Notes under the pieces: generated by a model
Told to the model about the DNA's origin: nothing
Seen by the model: the letters and a program-made list of their open reading frames with translations, nothing else
The model's database searches: none
Made by a program: the position numbers and the translations under genes
Assembly: GCA_029259725.1 (NCBI GenBank)
Contig: JAJDER010000070.1
Coordinates: 25,387-89,386 of the forward strand
Direction: 5' to 3'
Source of the DNA: Planctomycetota bacterium
Lineage (GTDB): Bacteria > Planctomycetota > B15-G4
DNA length: 64,000 nucleotides
Part shown: piece by piece, positions 48,354 to 57,740 of the stretch
How positions within the stretch are numbered: the stretch's first letter is position 1
How the letters are laid out: every line of letters begins with the position of its first letter

Positions 48354-48411
48354 GGGAAACCCCAGGGGTCGACGCGAACGGGTTCGGACGGGTTCCGCCC
48401 GGGTCCGGATC

Positions 48412-50310
48412 CTACGGCATGCTCGCCGCGCGCGGATCCAGGTCGAGGGTGTCGGGGTCCTCACCGGAGAGGACCGCCAGGAACGGAGCGCCATAGGCCT
48501 CGATCTTCTTCGGCCCGAGGCCGTGCACGGCGAGGAGTTCGTCCGCGCCACTCGGCCGCGCGCTGCACATCTCACGCAAGCTGCGGTCGGTGGCGATCAC
48601 GTAGGCCGGGACCTGCTTGTCGTCGGCGAGGCGCTTGCGCAGGATCCGCAGCCGATCGAAGAGCGCCTCGTCCTCTTCGGTGACCTCTCCGTCGACGACC
48701 TCCACCGCCGCGGCGCGGCGCTTGCGAGCACGCTTGCCCGACCCGCGTCGGCTCGAGGACGCGGCCGGTCGCTCGCGGGGACGCGACAGCAGCAGCCGCT
48801 CCTCGCCGCGGAGCAGCGCCTTGCAGCCCGGTGTGAGCACGAGCACCGACCAGTTGGCCAGGTCCTGCTCCAGCAGCCCGCGATGGATCAACTGTCGGAT
48901 CACGGCCATCCAGTGGTCGCGTGACTGGCCCTGCCCGATGCCATGGGTGGAGAGCTCGTCGTGTCGGTTCTCGATCACGCGGCGACCGCGCCCGCCCATG
49001 AGCACATCGACCACGTAGGCCGCCCCGAACCGCTGCCCCATCCGGAACACGCAGCTCAGGATCTTCTGCGCGTCCTCGGTGGCGTCGTAGGTCTCGGGGG
49101 GATCGAGACAGACGTCGCAGTTGCCGCAGTCCTCGACCCGCTCCTCGCCGAAGTAGCCGAGCAGCGCGCGGCGGCGGCAGCTGTCGGCCTCGGCGATCGA
49201 GACCATGGCCCGCAGCCGGTGCTGGTCCACGCGCAGCTGCTCGGCGTCGCGTTCGCCATCCCACTCGCCCCCCGACTCGATCAACCGGTGGACGAGCACC
49301 ACGTCCGCCGCCGAGTACATCAGCAACGCGTCCGCCGGGGCTCCGTCGCGCCCCGCGCGCCCGGTCTCCTGGTAGTAGGCTTCGACGCTCTTGGGCAGGT
49401 CGTGGTGAACCACGAAGCGCACGTTGGCCTTGTCGATGCCCATGCCGAAGGCCACCGTCGCGACGACCACGTCGATGCGCCCGGTGAGGAAGTGCTCCTG
49501 CACGCGCCGACGCTTCTCGGTCGGCAGGCCGGCGTGGTACGCGGCCGCGGAGTGCCCGGCGTGATCCAGGGTCGCCGCCACCTCTTCGGTGCGCTTGCGA
49601 CTCAGGCAGTAGACGATGCCCGCCTGCCCGCGGCGCTCCTCGACGAAGTCCGTCAGCAGGTGCTTGGCGCCCGTCTTGGGCCGCACGCTGTAGCGGATGT
49701 TCGGGCGGTCGAAACCGGCGACGAAGCGAGCCGCCTGCTGCAGCCCGAGCTGGACCACGATGTCCTCGCGCGTGTACGGGTCGGCCGTGGCTGTCAGCGC
49801 GATGCGCGGCACGTCCGGAAAGCGCTTCGCCAGCACCGACAAGCGCGCGTACTCGGGCCGGAAGTCGTGCCCCCACTGGGACACGCAATGGGCCTCGTCG
49901 ATGGCGAAGAGCGCCAGCGGGATGCCCGCCAGGCGCTCCAGGAAACCGTCCAGCATGAGCCGCTCGGGCGACACGTACAGCAGGTCGAGCTCACCGGCGT
50001 GCAGCCGCGTGAGGATCGCGCGGGCCTCGTCGCTGTCCAGCAGCGAGTTGTAGGCCGCGGCGGCGACACCCTTGGCCCGCAACGCATCGACCTGGTCCTT
50101 CATCAGCGCGAGCAGCGGCGACACGACCACCGCCGTGCCGGGCCGGATCAACGCCGGCACCTGGTAGCAGAGGCTCTTGCCGCCGCCGGTGGGCATGAGC
50201 ACGAAGGCGTCCTCGCCGCGGCAGACCGCGTCGATGATGTCTTCCTGGTACGGACGGAAGACCTCGTGCCCGAAGATGTCGGCCAGCATGGCGAGCGAGG
50301 TGGCAGTCAC
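48412..50310 (-). CDS. recQ: ATP-dependent DNA helicase RecQ
   Basis: MPTGGGKSLCYQ, DEAHCVSQWGHDFRP, YYQETGRAGRDG, CRR...CGNCDVC, RQC and HRDC domains. Confidence 0.96.
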   Translation of the reverse strand: MTATSLAMLADIFGHEVFRPYQEDIIDAVCRGEDAFVLMPTGGGKSLCYQVPALIRPGTAVVVSPLLALMKDQVDALRAKGVAAAAYNSLLDSDEARAILTRLHAGELDLLYVSPERLMLDGFLERLAGIPLALFAIDEAHCVSQWGHDFRPEYARLSVLAKRFPDVPRIALTATADPYTREDIVVQLGLQQAARFVAGFDRPNIRYSVRPKTGAKHLLTDFVEERRGQAGIVYCLSRKRTEEVAATLDHAGHSAAAYHAGLPTEKRRRVQEHFLTGRIDVVVATVAFGMGIDKANVRFVVHHDLPKSVEAYYQETGRAGRDGAPADALLMYSAADVVLVHRLIESGGEWDGERDAEQLRVDQHRLRAMVSIAEADSCRRRALLGYFGEERVEDCGNCDVCLDPPETYDATEDAQKILSCVFRMGQRFGAAYVVDVLMGGRGRRVIENRHDELSTHGIGQGQSRDHWMAVIRQLIHRGLLEQDLANWSVLVLTPGCKALLRGEERLLLSRPRERPAASSSRRGSGKRARKRRAAAVEVVDGEVTEEDEALFDRLRILRKRLADDKQVPAYVIATDRSLREMCSARPSGADELLAVHGLGPKKIEAYGAPFLAVLSGEDPDTLDLDPRAASMP

Positions 50311-50370
50311 GGGCGTCCGAGGCAGGAGGTGGCCATGATCCTGGGGCCTCGGGTGGCCTGACGGACCGAA

Positions 50371-50393
50371 GGCCCCCGCATTTCATGGGGGCC
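50371..50393 (-). terminator. Putative intrinsic terminator after add
   Basis: GGCCCCC-N9-GGGGGCC stem followed by TTCGGT on the minus strand (weak U-tract). Confidence 0.45.
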
Positions 50394-50411
50394 GAGGCAG
50401 GGAATCAACCG

Positions 50412-51431
50412 CTACACCGTGCCCGCTTCGATCCGCGCCCTCAGTGCGGCCCGCCCGGCCTCGTCCAGGAACGCGGCCTCCAGCGCCGCGAGGGCGAAGG
50501 CGCGCAGCTGTTCCAGGTCGTAACCCCAGGTCGCGGCGGCCAGCAGGTACTCGTCGGTCAGCGTGATGCCGCTCACCGCCGGATCATCGGTGTTGAGGGT
50601 GACCAGGTGCCCGGCGCGGTGCAGCGCGTCGAACGGGTGGGCATCCAGGCCGGAGACCGCGCCGGTCTGCAGGTTGCTGGTCAGGCAGCACTCCAGCGCC
50701 AGGCCCGCCTGCCGGACCCGGTCCGCGAGGGCGGCATCCTCACGCAGGGCGACGGCATGGCCGATCCGCGTCGCGACCAGTCCGTCCATGGCCTCGACGA
50801 TGGACTCGGGCCCACAGGCCTCACCGGCATGGATCGTGACCGGGAGTCCGGCCTCGCGCAGGCGACGGAAGTCCTCGGCGAAGGGCTCACCGGGCATGTC
50901 CTCGGGGCCCGCGAGGTCCACGCCGACCACGCCCCGGTCGGCGTACGCCAGCGCCAGCTCGGTCAGGGCCGCGTTCACTTCCGGCGGCTCGCTGCGGTAC
51001 AGGCACAGGATCGCGCCCCAGCTCACGCCGTGATCGCGGCCGCCCGAGGCGAGGCCCGCCAGCGCCTCACGCAGCACGTCCTCGGCGGAGTGGCCGTCGG
51101 TGGCCTGCAGCGCCGGGCAGAAGCGCGCCTCGAGATGGACCACGCCGTCGGCCGCGGCGTCCTCGAGCAGTTCGTAGCCCGCGCGCTCGAGCGAACCGGG
51201 CGCGTTCAACACCGGGTAGAACGTCTCGAACGTGAGCAGGAAGTCGCGCAGCGTGCGGCAGTCGGGCGAGACCCGCACGTGGGGCAGGAGCTCCTCCACC
51301 GTGTCGGCCGGCAGCGGGATCCCGGCCGCCTGCGCGATCTCCAGCAGCGTGCCGGGTCGCACGGCCCCGTCCAGGTGACAGTGCAGGTCGACCTTGGGCA
51401 GCGCGAGCACGGCGGCGCGCTCGAGGCTCAC
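50412..51431 (-). CDS. add: Adenosine deaminase family protein
   Basis: PKVDLHCHLDG, EARFCP, GVDLAGPE, TIHAGE, RIGHA, NTDDP. Confidence 0.92.
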   Translation of the reverse strand: MSLERAAVLALPKVDLHCHLDGAVRPGTLLEIAQAAGIPLPADTVEELLPHVRVSPDCRTLRDFLLTFETFYPVLNAPGSLERAGYELLEDAAADGVVHLEARFCPALQATDGHSAEDVLREALAGLASGGRDHGVSWGAILCLYRSEPPEVNAALTELALAYADRGVVGVDLAGPEDMPGEPFAEDFRRLREAGLPVTIHAGEACGPESIVEAMDGLVATRIGHAVALREDAALADRVRQAGLALECCLTSNLQTGAVSGLDAHPFDALHRAGHLVTLNTDDPAVSGITLTDEYLLAAATWGYDLEQLRAFALAALEAAFLDEAGRAALRARIEAGTV

Positions 51432-53461
51432 GTCGTGAGTTCCTCGACATCGCGGTCGGGAATCGCCGGAAGCGTGGGGGGAGGCTCGGGCGCCTCGAGA
51501 TCCTCCATCTCGGCGAGGTCATCGGCGCGCGCGGTGCGCACCGAGCCGGCCGTGAGATACGTCGGCCCCTCGAGGCACGCGCGCAGGTCGCGGCGCAACT
51601 CGCGGGCCTCCTTCGCGGTCAGGGACCGCCCCGCCACGAGCCGCTTCAGGTGACTGTCGTAGCGCTCGTTCAGCCAGGCCTCGTCGTACTCGACGTACTG
51701 GAGCACCTCGGCCACGCCCTCGGCGGGGACGTGGTTGACGAACCGGGTCGTGCCGTCGGGATCGATGCGCACGTGGGCCGCGTCGGTGTCACCGAAGAGG
51801 TTGTGCATGTCTCCGAGGATCTCCTGGTAGGCGCCGACCAGGAAGACGCCCAGGATGTAGGGCTCACCCTCGCGGAGTTCGTGGACTTCGAGCACGTCCT
51901 TGGTGTCGCGCAGGCCCGGGAACCGATCCATCTTCCCGTCGCTGTCGCAGGTCATGTCACCGAGCAGGGCGCGCTCGGCGGGCTCCTCGTCGAGGCGCGC
52001 GATGGGCATGACCGGGAACACGTGGCGGATGGCCCAGTGGTCTGGCACCGACTGGAACAGCGAGAAGTTGCAGAAGTAGATGTCGGCCAGCTGCTTGTCG
52101 AGGCCTTCGAGCTCCTCGGGCAGGTGATCGACGTCCTTCGCGAACCGCGCGATGCGTTCGAGCGTGGCGAAGAAGACCGTCTCGGCCACGGAGCGCGTGC
52201 GCAGGTCCACCAGGCCCAGGCTGAAGCGCTGCAGCAGCTCCTCGCGCAGGCCGAGCGCGTCGTGGTAGACCTCCAGCATGTTCTTGCGGGTGACGCCCTC
52301 CAGGTTCTCGCGCAGGCTCTGCAGGATGTCGGGCTCGTCGTCGGTGCGGGGCTGCACGTCGGCTGCGCGCGGGTGGCGCGAGGCGCCCACGACCTCCACC
52401 AGCATCACCGCGTGATGCGCCGCCAGGGCGCGCCCTGACTCGGTGACGATGTCGGGGTGCGGCACGTCCACTTCGTCGCAGGCCTGCTGGATGTGCCAGA
52501 CCACGTCGTTGGCGTACTCCTCCTCGCTGTAGCTCATGGACGATTCGAAGCGCGTGCGCGACCCGTCGTAGTCCACGGCCAGCCCCCCGCCCACGTCGAG
52601 GATCCCCAGTGGGCAACCCAGCGCGCGCAGCTCCAGGTAGAGCCGGCTGGCTTCGCGCAGCACCTGCTTCCACGGTCGGATCGCGGTGATCTGGCTGCCG
52701 ATGTGGAAGTGCAGCATCTTCACCTGGTCGATCAGGTCCACTTCGCGCAGCCAATCCGCGGCCGCCACGAGCTGCGTCGCGGAGAGACCGAACTTGGCGC
52801 GGTCGCCCGAGCTGGACTGCCAGCGCCCCGTGCCCTGCGAAGCCATGCGCGCGCGCAGGCCGAGCCAGGGCGCGGCGTCGCGGCCCTCGCTGCGGATCAC
52901 GCGTTCATAGGTCTCGATCTCGGAGGGCTTCTCGATCACGACCACGACCTCGTGACCGAGGCGCACGGCGAGGCAGGCCATCTCCATGTAGGCCTCGTCC
53001 TTGTAGCCGTTGCAGACCATCAGGCTGGGCTTGTCGAGCAGGGCGACCACGGCCATCAGCTCAGGCTTGCTGCCGACCTCCAGGCCGAGACCGCTGTCGT
53101 CGCCGAGCTCGATCAAGGCCTCGACGACCTGTCGCTGCTGGTTGACCTTGATCGGGTAGACCGGGCGGTGGCGACCGGTGTAGCCGAACTCCTCGCGCGC
53201 GCGGTCGAAGAGCCGGTGCAGCGTGGCGACCCGGTGGCCGAGGATGCCGTCGAAGCGCAACAGCAACGGCAGGCTGCTGCCCTGGTGGCGCGCCTCGGCG
53301 ACGACGTCCTGGAGCGCGGCCGAGGGTCCGTCCTGGCCCTCGGGATGCACGTCCACGCGTCCGTCGGCCGCAATGGAGAAGTACGGGCACCCCCAGCCGG
53401 GGAGGTTGTAGAGCTCTGCGCTCTGCTCGGTGGTCCAGCGACCCGATCGGCGATCGACCAT
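51428..53461 (-). CDS. speA: Biosynthetic arginine decarboxylase
   Basis: VYPIKVNQ PLP lysine, GLEVGSKPEL, CNGYKD, HFHIGSQI, ESGRA, TCDSDG, GAYQEILGDMHNLFG. Confidence 0.95.
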   Translation of the reverse strand: MVDRRSGRWTTEQSAELYNLPGWGCPYFSIAADGRVDVHPEGQDGPSAALQDVVAEARHQGSSLPLLLRFDGILGHRVATLHRLFDRAREEFGYTGRHRPVYPIKVNQQRQVVEALIELGDDSGLGLEVGSKPELMAVVALLDKPSLMVCNGYKDEAYMEMACLAVRLGHEVVVVIEKPSEIETYERVIRSEGRDAAPWLGLRARMASQGTGRWQSSSGDRAKFGLSATQLVAAADWLREVDLIDQVKMLHFHIGSQITAIRPWKQVLREASRLYLELRALGCPLGILDVGGGLAVDYDGSRTRFESSMSYSEEEYANDVVWHIQQACDEVDVPHPDIVTESGRALAAHHAVMLVEVVGASRHPRAADVQPRTDDEPDILQSLRENLEGVTRKNMLEVYHDALGLREELLQRFSLGLVDLRTRSVAETVFFATLERIARFAKDVDHLPEELEGLDKQLADIYFCNFSLFQSVPDHWAIRHVFPVMPIARLDEEPAERALLGDMTCDSDGKMDRFPGLRDTKDVLEVHELREGEPYILGVFLVGAYQEILGDMHNLFGDTDAAHVRIDPDGTTRFVNHVPAEGVAEVLQYVEYDEAWLNERYDSHLKRLVAGRSLTAKEARELRRDLRACLEGPTYLTAGSVRTARADDLAEMEDLEAPEPPPTLPAIPDRDVEELTT

Positions 53462-53577
53462 GCTGTCCTCGTCGGCACACGCGGCGTCCGCAGGCGAGCC
53501 GCGGAGCATCCAGGCGGTATAAGGAGGCGACCCGGAGCGGGCAGGATTCCGACCGGGAGCGAACCGCGGATCCTACC

Positions 53578-54729
53578 ATGTCGCCCCGCCTGGCCTTCCC
53601 GTTGCTGCTGCTCGTGACCGCGCTCGCGGCCCTCCCCGGCTCGGCCTCCGCGGCCCCGGGCGACGAGCACGTCCGGCCCGGCGAGTGGAGCCGGAACAAG
53701 GTCCCCGACGGCTGGGTCCTGTTCGAGACGCCGCATTACCAGGTGCAGAGTCAGGTCGGCGAGGACAAGGCGCGCCGGCTCGGCCAACACCTGGAGGCGA
53801 TGCTCGCCGTCTACGGGGAGATCCTGCCCTTCCGCAAGCAGCTGCCGACGTTCGTGCTCAAGCTCTTCGACGGACGGGGGTCCTTCCTGGCCTACAACCC
53901 GGGCGCACGCAACGCGGCGGCGTACTACGACAAGTCGGCGAAGGAACTCGTCGCCTACGACTCCGGGATCATCCTCGGCGTGCGCGACATTCCCGCGCGC
54001 ATCCGCCTCGTCCCGGGCCTGCCCCTGGCGCTCACCGATGCCGAGGTCGAGGAGCTGGCGGGCCTGTTCGATCGCATCACCGACAGCTACCTGCTCGACC
54101 TCGGCGGCGTCCTCGCCCACGAGGGCTGGCACCAGTACTTCCACCACTACACCGTGAGCTGGGTGCCGATGCCTGCCTGGCTCGACGAGGGGCTCGGTGA
54201 CTACTTCTACACCGCGGTCCGAGAGCAGGGCGAAGACGGCGGGTACACCCTGGGCAAGCTCAACGACGACCGCCTGCGCGTGATCCAGACGGCCTTCGAG
54301 GAGGGCACCTTCGCGCGCTTCGAGGACATCCTCGAGTTCGAGCAGGCCGACTACTACAGCAACGCGCAGGTCTACTACGCCCAGGGCTGGTCGATGGTGC
54401 AGTTCCTCATGCACCACGAGGACGGCAAGCTGCGCGCGCTGATCCCGAAGCTGATCAAGGACTTCAAGGGCAGCAAGAACTTCCGCCGCTCCACCGAGAA
54501 GGCCTTCAAGGGGCGCGACCTCGACGAGCTGGAACGGCAATGGGTCGGCTGGGTGTTGAGCACCGAGGCCCAGGATCCGCTGCGCGAGCTGGCCGTACGC
54601 TTCGGCGACCGCCTCCTGCCCGACGACCTCGAGGCGCCGAGCTCCTGGCGCGACCGGTACCTGCGTCTGGCCGTCGAGGCCCACGTCGTCGATGCGGAGG
54701 ACGCCGTCGACGGCGACACGGATCCCTGA
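53578..54729 (+). CDS. Secreted DUF1570-like zincin metallopeptidase
   Basis: Signal peptide; LAHEGWHQYF...PAWLDEGLGDYF (HExxH plus E), YAQGWSMVQFL. Confidence 0.82.
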   Translation: MSPRLAFPLLLLVTALAALPGSASAAPGDEHVRPGEWSRNKVPDGWVLFETPHYQVQSQVGEDKARRLGQHLEAMLAVYGEILPFRKQLPTFVLKLFDGRGSFLAYNPGARNAAAYYDKSAKELVAYDSGIILGVRDIPARIRLVPGLPLALTDAEVEELAGLFDRITDSYLLDLGGVLAHEGWHQYFHHYTVSWVPMPAWLDEGLGDYFYTAVREQGEDGGYTLGKLNDDRLRVIQTAFEEGTFARFEDILEFEQADYYSNAQVYYAQGWSMVQFLMHHEDGKLRALIPKLIKDFKGSKNFRRSTEKAFKGRDLDELERQWVGWVLSTEAQDPLRELAVRFGDRLLPDDLEAPSSWRDRYLRLAVEAHVVDAEDAVDGDTDP

Positions 54730-54774
54730 TCCCGACCGGCCGGGGTCGGAGCGACCATCCCGGAGGAGGTCGAA

Positions 54775-54849
54775 TGGAGCGGGTGATCGGAATTGAACCG
54801 ACGACAACAACGTTGGCAACGTTGTGCTCTACCACTGAGCTACACCCGC
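54775..54849 (-). tRNA. tRNA-Gly (GCC)
   Basis: GCGGGTGTAGCTCAGTGGTAGAGCACAACGTTGCCAACGTTGTTGTCGTCGGTTCAATTCCGATCACCCGCTCCA: cloverleaf, anticodon GCC, encoded CCA. Confidence 0.97.
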
Positions 54850-54959
54850 TCGGGTCACAGTGGTGAGGCAAAGATTTACGTCCTGAGGGCCACCCGGGTC
54901 AAGAGGGCAGTGCATCGCGCCCTTCCCTCGCGTCGCTTCGCGACTAGACTGCTGTCGCC

Positions 54960-56135
54960 ATGCTCGACTGGTTCCTCTATCGCCTGGGCCCGAAACTGCC
55001 CGATCTGACCACCCTCGCGGTGGGAGATCCGCCTGATCCCCACCCCGCCGACGACCGGCTGGAGCGGGCGCGGGCGGCGCTCGACGCCTTCGAGCAGGCT
55101 CCGTTCGAGCCCCAGGGAGACGACAGCCCCTTTCGTCTGCTGATGGGCATGGGGATGCGGAACCTGATCACGTCCGAGGCGGACAAGAACCCCGAGACCG
55201 CCGGTCGCACCCGCACCTACGAGTCCTACGGCACGTTCCAGCCCGTCGAGATCAAGGTCGATGACGAGCTGACCCTGACCGGCATGCGCTCCACGGGAGC
55301 GCCCGGGGCGCCGGTGATCCTGGTCATCCACGGGCTGTTCGACAGCCACACCAGCTCCTACGTGGTCGAGCACGCCGAGATCCTGCGTCGCTGGGGCTTC
55401 CACGTGATCGCGCTGGACATGCGGGACCACGGCAGGCTGCGCGGCCGATCGACCACGTCGCTGGGGCTGTTCGAGGGCAAGGACCTGTTCGCGGTGGCGC
55501 GCACCCTGGCGCACGCGGAGGGCGTCTCGGTCGGCATCCTGGGACTGTCCTACGGCGGACACTGCGCCGTGCGGGCGGCCTACGAGGCCTCGGTGGCCGG
55601 CGAGCCCGAGGTCCTGAGCGGCGGCGTCTTCGCGATCAGCGCGCCGTTGAACATCCACGAGGCGGTGGCGGCCCTCGATGACCCGGACTCGCGGCTCCCG
55701 CGGGGCAAGGGCTTCAGGGACCGCATGATCGTCAGCGCGCTGCACCGCAGCTTCCGGCGCCACCTCCGCTACAAGGTCCGCGAGCTGGGCAAGCTGGAGT
55801 ACCCGATCGGGGACTTCGAGAGCTACATCCGCGCCGCGGTGCTGCCCAAGTACCCCAACGAACCGGGTCTCGTGGGCGCGTTCCTCGGCAAGGCCCGCTC
55901 GACCCAGGCCGACCTGCTCGGCGCGATCGAGGTCCCCACCGCGATCCTCCACGCCGTCGACGACCCGGTGGTCCTGGGCATCCACATGCTCCAGGCGCGC
56001 AAGGAGGCCGGCGACAACCCGTGGATCCGCACGCGCATGCTCCCGCGCGGCGGTCACGTCGGCATGGCCTACCTCGACGCGCAGGGCGTGTTCGGCATGC
56101 TGGGCTCGTTCTTCGGCCTGCTGCGTGACGGCTGA
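54960..56135 (+). CDS. Alpha/beta hydrolase (YheT-like)
   Basis: VIHGL, DMRDHG, GLSYGG nucleophile elbow, HAVDDPVV, GGHVG. Confidence 0.88.
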   Translation: MLDWFLYRLGPKLPDLTTLAVGDPPDPHPADDRLERARAALDAFEQAPFEPQGDDSPFRLLMGMGMRNLITSEADKNPETAGRTRTYESYGTFQPVEIKVDDELTLTGMRSTGAPGAPVILVIHGLFDSHTSSYVVEHAEILRRWGFHVIALDMRDHGRLRGRSTTSLGLFEGKDLFAVARTLAHAEGVSVGILGLSYGGHCAVRAAYEASVAGEPEVLSGGVFAISAPLNIHEAVAALDDPDSRLPRGKGFRDRMIVSALHRSFRRHLRYKVRELGKLEYPIGDFESYIRAAVLPKYPNEPGLVGAFLGKARSTQADLLGAIEVPTAILHAVDDPVVLGIHMLQARKEAGDNPWIRTRMLPRGGHVGMAYLDAQGVFGMLGSFFGLLRDG

Positions 56136-56159
56136 GCGTCCCGCCGGCGGCGCTCCGAG

Positions 56160-56996
56160 CTAGCTGGCGTCGTCGGCCTCGTCGTCCTCGGGTCGCGCCA
56201 GGAAATCGAGCTGCCTCGCGCCCCGGCCGATGCGGCGCGCGGTCTGGATCGCGCGGCTGACGTACACCTTCGCGCTGCCCACGGCGTCGTCCAGATCCAG
56301 ACCCAGGGCCAGGCCGGCGGCGATGGCGGCGGAGAAGGCGCAGCCGGTCCCGTGCACGTTCTTGCGACGTGGGATGCGCGACACGCTGAGCAGGGTCACC
56401 TCGTCCTTGGTGGCGAGCACGTCGACGGCCTCGTCCCCGGAGCGGTGGCCGCCCTTGAGCAAGGCCGCCTGGGCGCCGCGCCGGATCAGAAGCTGCAGCG
56501 TGCCCTCGACGTCGGCCTCGACCTCCGCGACCGTGCGGCCGGTGAGTTCGGCCGCCTCTTCCAGGTTGGGCGTGATCACGGTGGCGAGGGGGACGAGCTG
56601 ACGCACGAACACCGGCACGTCGGCCTTGCGCAGGAAGCGGGTGCCGTCGCTGGCGCACAGGACCGGATCGATCACGATCGGGATGTGCTTGCGGGTCAGC
56701 GGGCCGAGCGCGCGGGCGACGGCGCGCACGACCTCGGCGCTGGGGAGCAGTCCCAGCTTCACCACGGCCGGACGCACGTCCTCGAGCAGGGCCACGAGCT
56801 GTTCCTTCACGTGCCGTCCCGACAGGGGATGGACGCGACGCACCCCGGACGGCGCCTGGACCGTCAGCGCCGTGGGCACCGCCATCGCCGACAGCCCGTG
56901 GGCGAGAAAGACCTTCAGGTCGGCCTGCAACCCGGCGCCGCCCGAGGGGTCGGATCCGGCGATGGACAGGGGCGTGAGGGGCCTTTCGGTGCTCAT
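56160..56996 (-). CDS. thiD: Hydroxymethylpyrimidine/phosphomethylpyrimidine kinase
   Basis: SIAGSDPSGGAGLQADLK, IDPV, ITPNLEEA, LKGGH, HGTGCAFSAAI. Confidence 0.95.
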   Translation of the reverse strand: MSTERPLTPLSIAGSDPSGGAGLQADLKVFLAHGLSAMAVPTALTVQAPSGVRRVHPLSGRHVKEQLVALLEDVRPAVVKLGLLPSAEVVRAVARALGPLTRKHIPIVIDPVLCASDGTRFLRKADVPVFVRQLVPLATVITPNLEEAAELTGRTVAEVEADVEGTLQLLIRRGAQAALLKGGHRSGDEAVDVLATKDEVTLLSVSRIPRRKNVHGTGCAFSAAIAAGLALGLDLDDAVGSAKVYVSRAIQTARRIGRGARQLDFLARPEDDEADDAS

Positions 56997-57655
56997 CGGA
57001 ATCCGTTCGCTCGCAGGGTGTCGAGGGCGATCTTGAGCAGGGCCACGTCGGCGACCGGATCCACGTCCAGCGCCGTGGTGACCCTGCGGCCGTGGATGTC
57101 CGCCAGGGTGCGGTAGTCCAGCTCCCCGAGGCCAGGGGGTAGACCCTCCTCGGTCCCGGAGATGTCATCGAGGGACAGGCCGACGAGCGAGCCGCCGAGC
57201 AGGTCGAGCCAATCGGTCTCCTCGAGACCGGACAGGTGTCCTCGAGCCGGACGGTGCCAGTAGCCGAGGGGGCGCCCGGCGAGATCCTCGAGCACGAGCA
57301 GCAGCTGACCGGGATCCGCGAGCGGTCCGGTTCGCGGGGTCTGGATGGCCAGCGACAGTCCTGGATGGGCGGAAAGCACGGCGAAGAGCGTCCGGCAGGC
57401 ACCCTCGACGTCGAGCTCTCCGGGCAGCTCCAACACGAGGCGCTGCGCACGCGCGGCCGCTGCCACGGCGACCGCGGCACCGATGCCGTCGAAGTCGCAG
57501 CGCACCGCGTCGACCTTCAGGCCGGAGAGCGAAACCGGCCGTGCGCCCTTCCCAACGACGAGCATCGTCCGATCCAGGCCGAGCGTCGCGAGCGCCGACT
57601 GAATGGCCATTCCATCCAGTGCACGCTCGCCAAGAGCACCCGAGCCGAAGATCAT
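56993..57655 (-). CDS. Degenerate xylose-isomerase-like (AP endonuclease 2) TIM-barrel protein
   Basis: LGYWH...LVGLSLDD...LPPGLGELDY resembles the family C-terminal half; ATGA overlap with thiD; start uncertain. Confidence 0.6.
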   Translation of the reverse strand: MIFGSGALGERALDGMAIQSALATLGLDRTMLVVGKGARPVSLSGLKVDAVRCDFDGIGAAVAVAAAARAQRLVLELPGELDVEGACRTLFAVLSAHPGLSLAIQTPRTGPLADPGQLLLVLEDLAGRPLGYWHRPARGHLSGLEETDWLDLLGGSLVGLSLDDISGTEEGLPPGLGELDYRTLADIHGRRVTTALDVDPVADVALLKIALDTLRANGFR

Positions 57656-57740
57656 GCCGAGGGCTCCCAACACAGCGCGCAAGCCAGCGGTAACGGGGAG
57701 CTGTTCCGCGCCCCACCCAGATTCCGGAGGCACAATACCG

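Noticed and set aside
54775-54849. tRNA-Gly as an island or prophage integration site
   Set aside because: No integrase, and I saw no duplicated tRNA 3' end elsewhere in the window
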